A DNA stretch of 63,999 nt, filler included, from Octopus bimaculoides (lineage: Eukaryota), in the NCBI RefSeq assembly GCF_001194135.2. It is 3 parts of 2 records of this genome, joined end to end, with 100 filler letters (N's around TTAATTAATTAA, not from the genome) between each part and the next. Parts side by side here need not be neighbours in the genome. Positions count along the whole stretch, not along the records: positions 1 to 31,162 come from NC_068982.1; 2 more parts are not named here. One strand, written 5' to 3'. A program made the position numbers and the translations under genes. This document shows, one piece after another, positions 1-11,061 of this stretch. How positions within the stretch are numbered: position 1 is the stretch's first letter; every line of letters starts with the position of its first letter. Below the pieces are notes generated by a model. It worked only from the letters and a program-made list of their open reading frames with translations, was not told the DNA's origin and did no database searches.

Positions 1-160
1 ATATATATATATATGTATATATATATGCATATATATATATATATACAAATTTACACATATATATATATACATACCTACATACACATACATACATGCACAC
101 ATACATACATACATACATACATACATACTTACATACATATATAAATACATACATACATAT
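1..160. repeat. (TA)n/(TACA)n microsatellite
   Basis: Directly visible tandem dinucleotide and tetranucleotide units. Confidence 0.95.
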
Positions 161-1064
161 GCATCAATCTCAAACTGGAGAAATGGAAGTTGAAGTGAAG
201 ACCATATTCGTTTTTCTATGGTAAGTGGTGGAATCATCCCACCAACCAGACACGTTCGTGCTATTCAGGAATTCAATAACAATTATCGTAAACTCAGAGG
301 CCTAGGATCACAGATTCAGCGCTTCTTTACTAGCTGACGAAAACTAAGTATCAAGACTTGGTAGAGCAGGCGCTTGCTAAGGAATTGCATGCGACGTAAT
401 TCTTTATTTCAGTCGGCTACTATATATTTTCCGTGTCGTATATTTCCTACGAATTCTACAGAAGATTAGTTAGAAACCCGAGCAACTGAAAAAAACCATC
501 AATGAGAAAAGCATGGTACCTAGAGCCAGATAAAGATGGCCGTGGCTGACCAGAGACCATAGACAGTCCCTTCCATAGACGAAATATAATTCAATCCTCG
601 TTTCCTCACTCAAGTGAAGCGTACAGTTTAAAGTGCGAAACGCTTGTGACTTTAAGGTCCCTCGGTAGGGTTTCCCATTCTTGCGACAACTTTAGTCATC
701 TACAGAAAAAAAATCTTTGTGCAACTTTTGCAGTTTCTTTGCTAGGCAAAGCATCTCTGATGCTTATTTCTTTGAATACATGGAGGAGGTCGATTGCACA
801 CGGTGTAAAACGACTTCCAAAACCTATTTCACTGCAAGAAACACCTCACGTTTGGTCCTCCTACTCCATCGTCTTATATGGCTTCTGAGGCCTGCAAGGT
901 ACTTACAAGCCATTACACTCCGATTACAAGTCAGTCCTCCAGCACCAGCTCGGCTGTCTGGTTGTTGGGACATGCAATATGCCGAGTGAGCTAACTGGCT
1001 AACTCAGACACTGTGCTATACAAGTTGCGCGAAAGATTATGCTGGATATCTCTCTGGTAGACGG

Positions 1065-1875
1065 GCTTACCTTTGCAATCACTCTTGTGGCTGAGTAGGC
1101 CTGCTTTTGAGAAGCAGGCATGAATGACCACAGTGGACACAGAAAAGAACCTCTGTTGTACCTTTCTCGGGGAGAGGGTTCACATCCTCCAACTTTTCAC
1201 ACACATCGTTTAACATAAATATGATAGGGTGCTGAAAAGTTACTGGCTTTGAGTAAAACAAAATACAGAATGATCATTTAATTATGATTTTATTCAATAT
1301 ATTCCCTTTTCAGATTCACACGCTTATAGCAGCGATGCTTCAGTTTTCCTAAACCCCGTAAAAGAACTTGGAAGTTTGGGCCTCCAGCCAGGCTTTTCGC
1401 GACATCTTTGAAGCCAAGATCTTTTCAGCATCCCCTTGTACATATATACATACATACATGGTGGCCGCTTCCCGTTCTTGAGCATTCCCATCGATTGAAG
1501 TATTTGAAAATCAGTCTCATGTGTGATCAGCATGGGTGTGGCTTTTCAGACCGGCAAGTGACTTACATTCATTGGCACAGATGTTGCATACATGCTTACT
1601 CCCAACAACAGGAGCTGATTGTTGGACATCATGCATTTTCATGTGTCGTTTCAAGCTCCCATCTGATAGGCAAACTTTGCCGCATTCATGACATGTTGTT
1701 ATGCTGTGTATGACACAATCCAAGCCACATTCATCGCATGTTAGCTCACTCTGGCTACCCACGTTTTCTGGAAGTATCACGTTTACATCATTTCTGGCAT
1801 CCTTTATCAACTCATGATTTCGAGCTTGTAAAACTCTCACTTACGTAGTAAATTGCTTTCCTTCCTCTTGCCTGA
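1065..1875 (-). mobile_element. 3' end of an RTE-type LINE ORF2 with several tandem C2H2 zinc fingers (decayed, split by a mariner MITE)
   Basis: ORF 1517..1840(-) has CHECGKVCLSDGSLKRHMKMH and CNICANECKSLAGLKSH. A further finger, CVHCGHSC(fs)SKAGLLSHK, lies at about 1075-1140. The CxxCxxxCxSxxGLxSH pattern is typical of RTE C-termini rather than of TGEKP-linked ZNF genes. Confidence 0.6.
1222..1438 (-). mobile_element. mariner-derived MITE (217 bp)
   Basis: Imperfect TIRs tgatagggtgctgaaaagttactggcttt and revcomp caaggggatgctgaaaagatcttggcttc, flanked by TA at 1220-21 and 1439-40. The interior encodes a mariner C-terminus, AWLEAQTSKFFY(fs)GLGKLKHRCYKRVNLKREYIE*. Confidence 0.8.
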
Positions 1876-2699
1876 TCAGTTGCATATATATATATATATA
1901 TATATATATNNNNNNNNNNNNNNNNNNNNNNNNNNNNNNNNNNNNNNNNNNNNNNNNNNNNNNNNNNNNNNNNNNNNNNNNNNNNNNNNNNNNNNNNNNN
2001 NNNNNNNNNNNNNNNNNNNNNNNNNNNNNNNNNNNNNNNNNNNNNNNNNNNNNNNNNNNNNNNNNNNNNNNNNNNNNNNNNNNNNNNNNNNNNNNNNNNN
2101 NNNNNNNNNNNNNNNNNNNNNNNNNNNNNNNNNNNNNNNNNNNNNNNNNNNNNNNNNNNNNNNNNNNNNNNNNNNNNNNNNNNNNNNNNNNNNNNNNNNN
2201 NNNNNNNNNNNNNNNNNNNNNNNNNNNNNNNNNNNNNNNNNNNNNNNNNNNNNNNNNNNNNNNNNNNNNNNNNNNNNNNNNNNNNNNNNNNNNNNNNNNN
2301 NNNNNNNNNNNNNNNNNNNNNNNNNNNNNNNNNNNNNNNNNNNNNNNNNNNNNNNNNNNNNNNNNNNNNNNNNNNNNNNNNNNNNNNNNNNNNNNNNNNN
2401 NNNNNNNNNNNNNNNNNNNNNNNNNNNNNNNNNNNNNNNNNNNNNNNNNNNNNNNNNNNNNNNNNNNNNNNNNNNNNNNNNNNNNNNNNNNNNNNNNNNN
2501 NNNNNNNNNNNNNNNNNNNNNNNNNNNNNNNNNNNNNNNNNNNNNNNNNNNNNNNNNNNNNNNNNNNNNNNNNNNNNNNNNNNNNNNNNNNNNNNNNNNN
2601 NNNNNNNNNNNNNNNNNNNNNNNNNNNNNNNNNNNNNNNNNNNNNNNNNNNNNNNNNNNNNNNNNNNNATATATATACATACTTGCGCATGCCCACACT

Positions 2700-2850
2700 G
2701 GCCTAGCACTTATTCTAACGGTCTTTTTGTCGAGCTGCTAAGTTATGGGGACGTAAACACACCAACACCGGTTGTCAAGCGGTAGTGGGGTAAAAACACA
2801 GACATCAACACGCGCACACACACAAACATGCGGTGCCCCAGCATGGCCGA
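2700..2850 (-). mobile_element. SINE family A fragment
   Basis: gctaagttatggggacgtaaacacaccaacaccggttgtcaagc is shared with the copies at 7505, 32470 and 43068. Confidence 0.75.
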
Positions 2851-3636
2851 AGTCCTATAACTGGGAAAGTTAAAAGATAGATGAGTGATGGTGAAAACAC
2901 AAGTTTGTTGGAGGGGCAAACAGAGGGCGTTCATTAACTTTATAGATGGTCAAGTTATGATGTGTGCCCACAATAATGAAAAATTGCGGCGATGTCATTG
3001 GTTCAGGTCATTTGTGACCTCATGGAAGATGTAATGTAAGTAGGAGGAGTATCAATTCTGCGTTCGCTCCCATGTACGGTATTGCCGTTTGCTGAAGAGC
3101 GTCGACATCAAGTAGACGTTTGGGCTTGTTATATTGTTTTGTTACTGTGCCATATTTGATGACAAGTCAACTGTCCTACTCCTCCCGCCCCTCCACACAT
3201 CCTCATCCACCACCACCACCACCACCACCACCACCACTACCACTAACACCANNNNNNNNNNNNNNNNNNNNNNNNNNNNNNNNNNNNNNNNNNNNNNNNN
3301 NNNNNNNNNNNNNNNNNNNNNNNNNNNNNNNNNNNNNNNNNNNNNNNNNNNNNNNNNNNNNNNNNNNNNNNNNNNNNNNNNNNNNNNNNNNNNNNNNNNN
3401 NNNNNNNNNNNNNNNNNNNNNNNNNNNNNNNNNNNNNNNNNNNNNNNNNNNNNNNNNNNNNNNNNNNNNNNNNNNNNNNNNNNNNNNNNNNNNNNNNNNN
3501 NNNNNNNNNNNNNNNNNNNNNNNNNNNNNNNNNNNNNNNNNNNNNNNNNNNNNNNNNNNNNNNNNNNNNNNNNNNNNNNNNNNNNNNNNNNNNNNNNNNN
3601 NNNNNNNNNNNNNNNNNNNNNNNNNNNNNNNNNNNN

Positions 3637-3688
<52 letters not shown>

Positions 3689-4923
3689 ATGTATGTAGAT
3701 ATGTATAAGAATGTGTATAGATATATATCGAGACAGAGAAGAAGAGGGGAAATGGAGAGATTGTGAGAATGTGAGAAAAACGGAAAGAGAACACAGTTAG
3801 AGAAAATAACGTATGTATACATAGATAGCCACAAAGTAAAATAAAAGAAAGCATTAATTATAACAGTATGTTACGTATATTTATCAGCTTAATTGGAAAA
3901 TTAATGATATATGTATAATGAGTAAATGATGATAAACATAACGTTCCTAATTCCCTTCCTAGATTTTAGATCCGGATTTGTCAAGCCATATACAGAGACC
4001 TAATTCTGAATTCCACAGGAAATAAATTGTGCTTTCTTGTCCTTTTGAAGAAATTTTTCTGCAAAAAAGGAAATACCCAAGATATCTGAAGGCAATATCA
4101 TTCCAGATTCCACATTTTATAATATTTAATCGGTTGATATACACTAGTAGACCATAAATGGAAGACAATCAAGTGCAAATTTATGTGCCACGTTTTGACT
4201 GTCTCACTTCCCTTTCAGACAAATCGACATGATCTACATAGATTCCCATTTAAACAATAGATAAAATAAGATGCAATATTCTTTACTCTAACATCCTGCT
4301 ACAGCAGGACAACTGCCGGATTCTTGAACGTAGTCGTATCCTACGTGGTTAAAACCGGGAAAGTGGAAGAAGTTTCTAATGGAGACGGATCATCTGTGAC
4401 TAAGAGAAAGAAGCATTCTCAGTGGCCATACACTGTTAGAAAGACTGCGTTCGTCTAGCAGCACCAGGAACTTCATCATCGACGTCATCCACAGTTTGAT
4501 GACGTCATCGTGGTGAATCTTAATATATTCAAATGTAGACGGTGTCTACTATTGGAGAATATTACAAGAGAACATCAGGTACAAATCCTACATGAGGAAG
4601 TGGCAGCTCATGTTTGGACTCCCACCCCAGGAGAAACGTGGTTGCATGATGAGATTCCACATTATGCAACCACACAGATTGCTCCATCTATGGCATCGTC
4701 GATGGTGGGGTGCTGCCGGCGGCCGTACGCTTCCCAGAATTCATTGAAAGCTATCATCGAGATCATCTGATCCTAGTATACCGTCGTTTCTGTGGTCATA
4801 TAAAGATCTATAAACAATTTGTCAGTTATTTTAGGCTCCATTTGTTGTCGTTATTCCCGATTTTTTTGGATAGATTTCGGAGCAATGTTTTATCGCTCTC
4901 ACATGTTAAACGTCCCCGGTGTT

Positions 4924-4926
<3 letters not shown>

Positions 4927-5001
<75 letters not shown>
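4927..5001. repeat. (TTA)n microsatellite
   Basis: Perfect trinucleotide run. Confidence 0.95.
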
Positions 5002-5439
5002 GTGATAGAGGAGGAGAAAGTGAGGAGCGTTACCAGAACGCAGTGAAAGAGGTTGCGAATGGGTCGAGATATGCACTGTTTTGTAAACACACAAGAGGGC
5101 AATTTCCGACAACAACGATGCTGAAAATAAACACAAAACGGAAAGTTTCACCAAAGAAATCCTTGAAGTCATTACCATTAGCAACAGCAACAACTGCAGC
5201 AGCAAGAACAAGAACAACAACAGCAACACCAGATATGAAAAGAAACAGACGATAGAAATTATCGATGCCAACCACAACATCAATACCAACAAGAACAATA
5301 ACAACACTTCAAGATAAACAGAAAATGGAAATTTTCAACAAATTGAGTGAAGCCATGTCCTCTACTACAAACAACAACAGCCACAGCAACAACAAGAAAT
5401 CAAACAATACGTCTTTCCCTAATTAATATCGAACAAAGA

Positions 5440-6670
5440 TGGATTTGAACACTCTTTCGAAAGTGATTTTGGGAAAAGTTTCCGAAAATGCCTGATAACA
5501 CCTAATCTCCTTGTTTTATCACGAGACAATGAAGATAAAATCATAGAAAGAATTGTGATCTATTGTTGTCTTAATAAGAAGAGCAGGTGGATCGAAAATT
5601 TGACTGCAGCACTGGTAGAAAAATGCCTGAGTGATGGTTGCGGTTGGATTTGGCTAGTAAGGAGAGCGAGAGATTTTGGATCCCATGTAGCTATATTCCA
5701 AACTGAAGTGGCTGTGAAAAGATGGCTTAGCACATTTACTCCTCAGATGAACATATTTCCCTCCCATCTTATCGGGGGAGACGAGTGAATAAGATTACAT
5801 TTTCGAATGTGCCTCTGGAACTTAACATCCAGTATTTCGGGATGATACTGGTTGAAATCCATCCTGAATGAAAACTGGTCGGTTGCCAGAGTTTAAGTGG
5901 AAATTCTGGTCACAGCAGAAAACTTCTATAAGATCCCTAACATAAGTGGTGATTGAGAACAGAGAAGCAAAATGTTATCCCTGTGGAAGTACAACCCATC
6001 AAAACGCTTTCTACCCTCAATTAAAGAAATCGGAATCACTATTGTCAATTCCACAAGCACATCTACAACAACAGCATAAGCAGTTGAGGAGACCTACACA
6101 AAGACCTCGACAACTGAAAGGTTAATTCCTTGTTCCCACAGAAGAACAAGCTTTTCTCCAAATCCCTTTTCCCAAACCAACAACAACAGCGACTCAAGTA
6201 CATCTTTCGACCAGACTTCACCATTTCCCACCAGTTCCTTGAGTAATGACTTGAATAGGAAGACCAGGTTGAAAAGTGGCAAAGTCTCCAAAAATGGAAA
6301 GCGGAAAAGGAGAATGATACAGTGTATCAATCCGAGAAAACAACAAAAACAAGCACAAAAGACAAAATTACGGCCCACTTCAGAACCACTCCATCAACAA
6401 CAGAAATAGCAACACCCTCATCAACAACAGCAAGAACATTATCCTCAACAACAAAAACGACGACAACAGGAAAACACAGAGTCTACGACCACTAAAACGG
6501 AAACTACTAAAATAACAAAGCAACTTAAACAGTACACAAAATGTACTCATCAGCTTCACTGTTGCAATCAATAGGAACATTGAGTTGATGGAATACTTAA
6601 ATAAAAATAAAAATAAAATTGAGACAAAGAAAGAATATGAAGATTTCATCCTCAAAACCCCGAGAAACTA
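5440..6670 (+). pseudogene. L1/Tx1 ORF1 remnant (RRM-like region, CCHC knuckle, low-complexity tail)
   Basis: Same motif order as the ORF1s at 8558-9775, 34036-35490 and 44800-45540. Contains several stops and frameshifts. Confidence 0.55.
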
Positions 6671-6789
6671 AATATTAATATAAACGTTTCCTGATTTTTA
6701 GAAAAAAAAAATAAGGAAAAATTCTCAGTTGTTGTAGGGATAAAAAAAAAACTATAGGAAAAAGACTTTCAGAAGGGCTTTTAAGAACT

Positions 6790-7150
6790 TTCGTCTGAAG
6801 AGAGGTTGCTCGATATAAATGTGGCCACCATTAAACGACACAAGAATTTCTAAACAGCAAGCTCTAGCATCAATTTTCGACAACTACGAGACAGTCTCAT
6901 CTCGAAGTCTGTCCAAGATTGGTCAGTGGATTAGCAGTTCTTTTTCCGTCGATCTTTAGATCCTCAAGTACGGGCAACTTTTTGGACCCGGACGGTAGGT
7001 GATACTCCTGGACATGAACGGTAGCAATGCTGGCACTATTAGACTGGTAGTCATTTTGCACCGACAGGGCCAGGAAGGCCAGATTATTTCAGAGGTGTGT
7101 GGGTTCCGTCGGCGAGGCAAGTCTTTCCGCAGCTCGTCTCACTGACGGAG
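6790..7150 (+). pseudogene. ORF2 AP-endonuclease N-terminal remnant (L1/Tx1 type)
   Basis: Stitched across frameshifts: LDINVATI/NDTRISKQQALASIFDNYETVSS...LDPDGR/VILLDMNGSNAGTIRLVVI/FAPTGPGRPDYFR. This resembles the QET..., DxxGR and (V/I)YAP motifs of APE domains. Confidence 0.6.
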
Positions 7151-7504
7151 TTCCAGTCCTGATTGAAAAAAAGAGTGTTTTCTATCGCTCACAGCTATCT
7201 TCCAGCCGGATAATGGAATCGATGGATGTTGTACTCCGGAAATATATAAATGATCAGTGGCAGAAAGTCTGATAACGTTCTGAAGACTTCTAGAATTCAC
7301 CTCGTATATCCACATGTAACAGACAAATATATTCTAAAATCAACTCTATAAACAAACTATTTATCAAAAAGATATATTAAAAAATTCCAATCATTCTTTT
7401 GTTCACTTTATTCTCCTGTCTGTATTCTTCTATCTGCTATTTTGCTTTTTATTCTTCTATCTACTATTTCTTTCCTGTAGAAACTGTGAATTCCCCTTTT
7501 TTTC

Positions 7505-8113
7505 TTTTATTTGTTTCAGTCATTTGACTGCGGCCATGCAGGAGCACCGCCTTTAGTCGAGGAAATCAACCCCAGGACTTATTCTTTGTAAGCCTGGTAC
7601 TTATTCTATCGGTCTCTCTTGCCGAACAGCTAAGTGACGAGGACGTAAATACACCAGCATCGGTTGTCAAGCGATGTTGGGGAGGGGGAACAAATACAGA
7701 CACATAAACATGTACATACATACATACATACATATATATATATATNNNNNNNNNNNNNNNNNNNNNNNNNNNNNNNNNNNNNNNNNNNNNNNNNNNNNNN
7801 NNNNNNNNNNNNNNNNNNNNNNNNNNNNNNNNNNNNNNNNNNNNNNNNNNNNNNNNNNNNNNNNNNNNNNNNNNNNNNNNNNNNNNNNNNNNNNNNNNNN
7901 NNNNNNNNNNNNNNNNNNNNNNNNNNNNNNNNNNNNNNNNNNNNNNNNNNNNNNNNNNNNNNNNNNNNNNNNNNNNNNNNNNNNNNNNNNNNNNNNNNNN
8001 NNNNNNNNNNNNNNNNNNNNNNNNNNNNNNNNNNNNNNNNNNNNNNNNNNNNNNNNNNNNNNNNNNNNNNNNNNNNNNNNNNNNNNNNNNNNNNNNNNNN
8101 NNNNNNNNNNNNN

Positions 8114-8159
<46 letters not shown>

Positions 8160-8257
8160 AGCTTTGGTCGGCCCGTGGCTATAGTAGAAAACACTTGCCC
8201 AAGGTGCCACGCAGTGGGACTGAACCCTGAACCGTGTGGTTGGCAAGATAGCTACTT
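7505..8257 (-). mobile_element. SINE family A body (its head is displaced to 10400-10430 by an insertion)
   Basis: Revcomp reads agtagctatcttgccaaccacacggttcagggttcagtcccactgcgtggcacc... (B-box-like ggttcagtcc), then an internal microsatellite and gap, then the 3' part ...gcagtcaaatgactgaaac. Confidence 0.85.
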
Positions 8258-10399
8258 TATTTCATTTTATTTGCCATAAAGGTAGTACATAGAGTAGCTT
8301 CGGGCTGGACAACACATTAATGAAAAAAAATGAAATGATATAAATGAATAAATGAGAGACGAAATCCAACGCCCGCCGATTGGGTTTTTCTCGAAAACAT
8401 TTTCTTTTTTAAAAAATCAATATGAGGTTTCAAACCACTTACAAAAAGGAGGCACTAAAACCTCTTACTTAACATAAAAAAACACAATTAAGGTTTTAAA
8501 TCACTACAAATAATGCAATAAATACGGTTTCAAACCCTCTTAACGAGGCTTTTTCCCCTATTCATCGATATATCCATCAATATATCTATCATTATCTTCA
8601 GTGGCGCTTGAGTTCCTGTACCTCGCCATTTCCCATGCTTCATTCATGAACGAGGCATATGTCATGTTAGGGTCAACCGGCCATATACGACAATCCTCTT
8701 TAAGTATTCTAAGCTTTTCCCACAAGGACATCCTTATGACCTCACAGCTATCTGCGGAGGCCATTCGGGATCCCGTGTGCAGGCCATATCTACTGTCTCT
8801 TTATGTTCTTCTACTATTTTTTCCATCTCCTCGCCCTTGTAGAAAAAGATAAGTAATTCTTCATCCTCAGGAATGGGGGTCATTTCTTCCACCATAGGTG
8901 GCACAACTTCGGGACATGCAGACAGCACATCATCGTCCACCTGAAATGACCCGTTCTTCTTTCTTTTTTCTTTTCTTCCTGACTTCGGGGCAGTGGAGCT
9001 CTTCCGCTTTGTCCGGAGTCTCTCTCCCACCTCCCAAAGCCTTAGGATCCTTCGGCGGGCAACCATTGTTGCCTGCTTTCTTCCTTTTTATTCCTTTTTG
9101 GGTTGAGGATGCTGAATCCTCCTCAACCATATCCACCTCTGCCTTTGACCGGGTAGCGGGAGGTAGCTTCCAGTGACTGTTCCATGACCTTACCATGGTC
9201 CTGGGGGCAGTTCTTTTTAATATGGACTGGCTCCAGGCACGAGTAACACTTGGGGCGAAGGCGTCCCTCAAGTATCACCGGATACCTGCAGTCAGTCATT
9301 AAAAAAAGTCTGGAAAGATTATTTCGGCCACGGCCGATGGGTTCCACAGGGTCAAAATCGCTTGTGAACCTTGCCAATCGGTCGCCGGCGTCACTTTTAC
9401 ATTAAGAGCCTGGGTCCTCTATCCCCCAAGCCCCGCCGGATGGTATCTCCAATCCACCCCGCTTCGGTGCCCGGGGGTAGACCACATACCCAAGCTCTTA
9501 TCACCTTCCGCCCACAATATGTGGGAAGGAACAATATTAATTCTCCTTCTAGGAGCTGACATGCAGCAATGCAAGCTTCTTCAGGGGTGTCAAAAAGGAA
9601 TCACACCGTTGCACATTTGACACCCATGGACACAATAATTTTTAGCTGGCAAACATTTTGCCAACTCTTTATCGATAATATCCCTATCGAAGAGGGTGTT
9701 GGCGTCACTGCTTGGGTGGGACCATCTCCCACTCCAAAGCAGTAGTCTTCCCTTTTAACACTTTTTTCCTGCCATAACTAAAAGTTCTAATAGGAAATAA
9801 TTGTTCACAAAAGTCTCAAAATAATGACAGTTCAGAAAAAAGAAATAGTTCAATAAACGAAACAGAAACAGATCACAAAAAGGAGGAAGAGAAAAACAAG
9901 GAAAACAGTTCAAGGAAAAAGTAAAGTAAAACAATTTTTTTTTTAAAAAAGGAAAAACACAGAATCCTCGGCAGGAACAAGATGGGCTACACCGTACTCC
10001 AACCCTGGCTTGAACTGGTATTCCGTTGCAGTCAAATAAATACACAAAATCCTGGTCCGTAATCCAGCGACCGAAGTGAGAAAAAAATCTTTAAATGGTT
10101 TCTGCTTGCTAAACTTGGTTATTTCTTAGAAACGCCCACCAGTGGCAGCCACACACACTATACCTGGGACAGGCGCCAATTCAATTTTCTCAATTTTTTT
10201 AATTTTCGACACCGCCAAGCATAAGCGAAATGCCTAAGAGCTGGGCAGAATATACTGTAAAAATAAAAACACTATACTTCTACCCAGCTCACAAAAAAGG
10301 CAAATTCGCTTACCCTGACGGTGTCCTCTGTTTCTTAGACGGAGCTATGAGCTACACGTCTAACTTTATTGGTAACCGGAGTAGACTGCCAGCACAAAT
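8258..10399 (-). mobile_element. ORF1-only L1/Tx1-like retroelement inserted in a SINE-A head, 18-bp TSD
   Basis: TSD ttggcaagatagctactt (8240-8257) versus ttggtaagcgagctactt (10400-10417), 15/18 identical. Layout is about 620 nt of 5'UTR, ORF1, about 300 nt of 3'UTR, and the tail cctttatggcaaataaaatgaaataaag. No gap and no RT. Confidence 0.8.
8558..9775 (-). pseudogene. ORF1 (RRM-like region plus CCHC knuckle), frameshifted
   Basis: FLPTYCGRKVIRAWVCGLPPG; VILEGRLRPKCYSCLEPVHIKKNCP (C-x2-C-x4-H-x4-C); basic linker; C-terminal domain ending ...YIDGYIDE*. Confidence 0.7.
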
Positions 10400-10430
10400 T
10401 TGGTAAGCGAGCTACTTACCACACAGCCCA
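10400..10430 (-). mobile_element. SINE family A head (left flank of the insertion)
   Basis: Revcomp gggctgtgtggtaagtagctcgcttaccaa matches the SINE-A head; compare the uninterrupted head at about 62478. Confidence 0.75.
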
Positions 10431-10805
10431 GCATACACAGTGTATGGAGATGCTAACCTATCATTTGGGATATCTCAGAAACAGTTGTATGACATCCAAT
10501 AATTAATTAATTAACTAATTAATTAGTCAATTACCTCAATTTCACCTTACTCTAATTAAATATTCTAAATGATTTGAGATACTCATCCTACCTTGGTTTT
10601 GCTATCCTGTTTCCTCTAATATATATACCTGCTAATTCGGAAGCTTACTACGGATCCCTAACTCCAGCCCCAGCTGTGAACTTAGAACCTAACGGTTGAC
10701 CTATTATAGCACTTACACATCATACTTATTCGTTTACATCACCAGTGAACTAAACCCCTCAAATTCTCTTAGAATATATGTGTGCGTGCGTGTGTATACG
10801 TATGT

Positions 10806-10837
<32 letters not shown>

Positions 10838-10865
10838 TATCGCTTGTGTGTGTAAAATTTTGAAG

Positions 10866-10934
10866 GGTTTGGTACAAATGGGAGAACGCCTGTCATATTT
10901 ACAGAATATGTGGGTTCGAGTCCCATGGACAACC
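10866..10934 (+). pseudogene. tRNA-like sequence (tRNA pseudogene or isolated SINE head)
   Basis: T-arm gtggg-ttcgagt-cccat with a B box, D-arm-like gtac..gaac, anticodon-like stem ctgt/acag, partial acceptor ggtt../..aacc, and a downstream T-run. The anticodon loop (catattt) is non-canonical. Confidence 0.45.
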
Positions 10935-11030
10935 TTCAACCCTTTCAATCAAAATGTTTTTTTTTAACCCAATATTTACATGCACGCTGTTATTTATCTG
11001 CTTTGAAATTCAACGTTTCAAAACACATTT

Positions 11031-11061
<31 letters not shown>

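Larger units (their letters stand above)
5002..7250 (+). mobile_element. L1/Tx1-like non-LTR retrotransposon: decayed ORF1 plus start of ORF2, 3'-truncated
   Basis: ORF1-like IFPSHLIGG(fs)RRVNKITFSNVPLEL and knuckle CYPCGSTTHQ at about 5973 are followed by AP-endonuclease-like motifs at about 6790-7150. Confidence 0.65.

Noticed and set aside
160-1060. Possible decayed non-LTR ORF (VDCTRCKT.., NLFHCK)
   Set aside because: Only weak Cys motifs across several frames; I could not assign a family by eye.
1517-1840. C2H2 ORF as an exon of a host zinc-finger gene
   Set aside because: There are no TGEKP linkers, the motif is RTE-like, neighbouring fingers are frameshifted and a MITE interrupts the run. 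A LINE tail fits better.
4080-4926. Possible decayed retroelement ending in a (TTA)n tail (CRRC..., QFVSYFRLHL)
   Set aside because: It looks like coding relic sequence, but I found no diagnostic motif I can defend. Needs a TBLASTX search.
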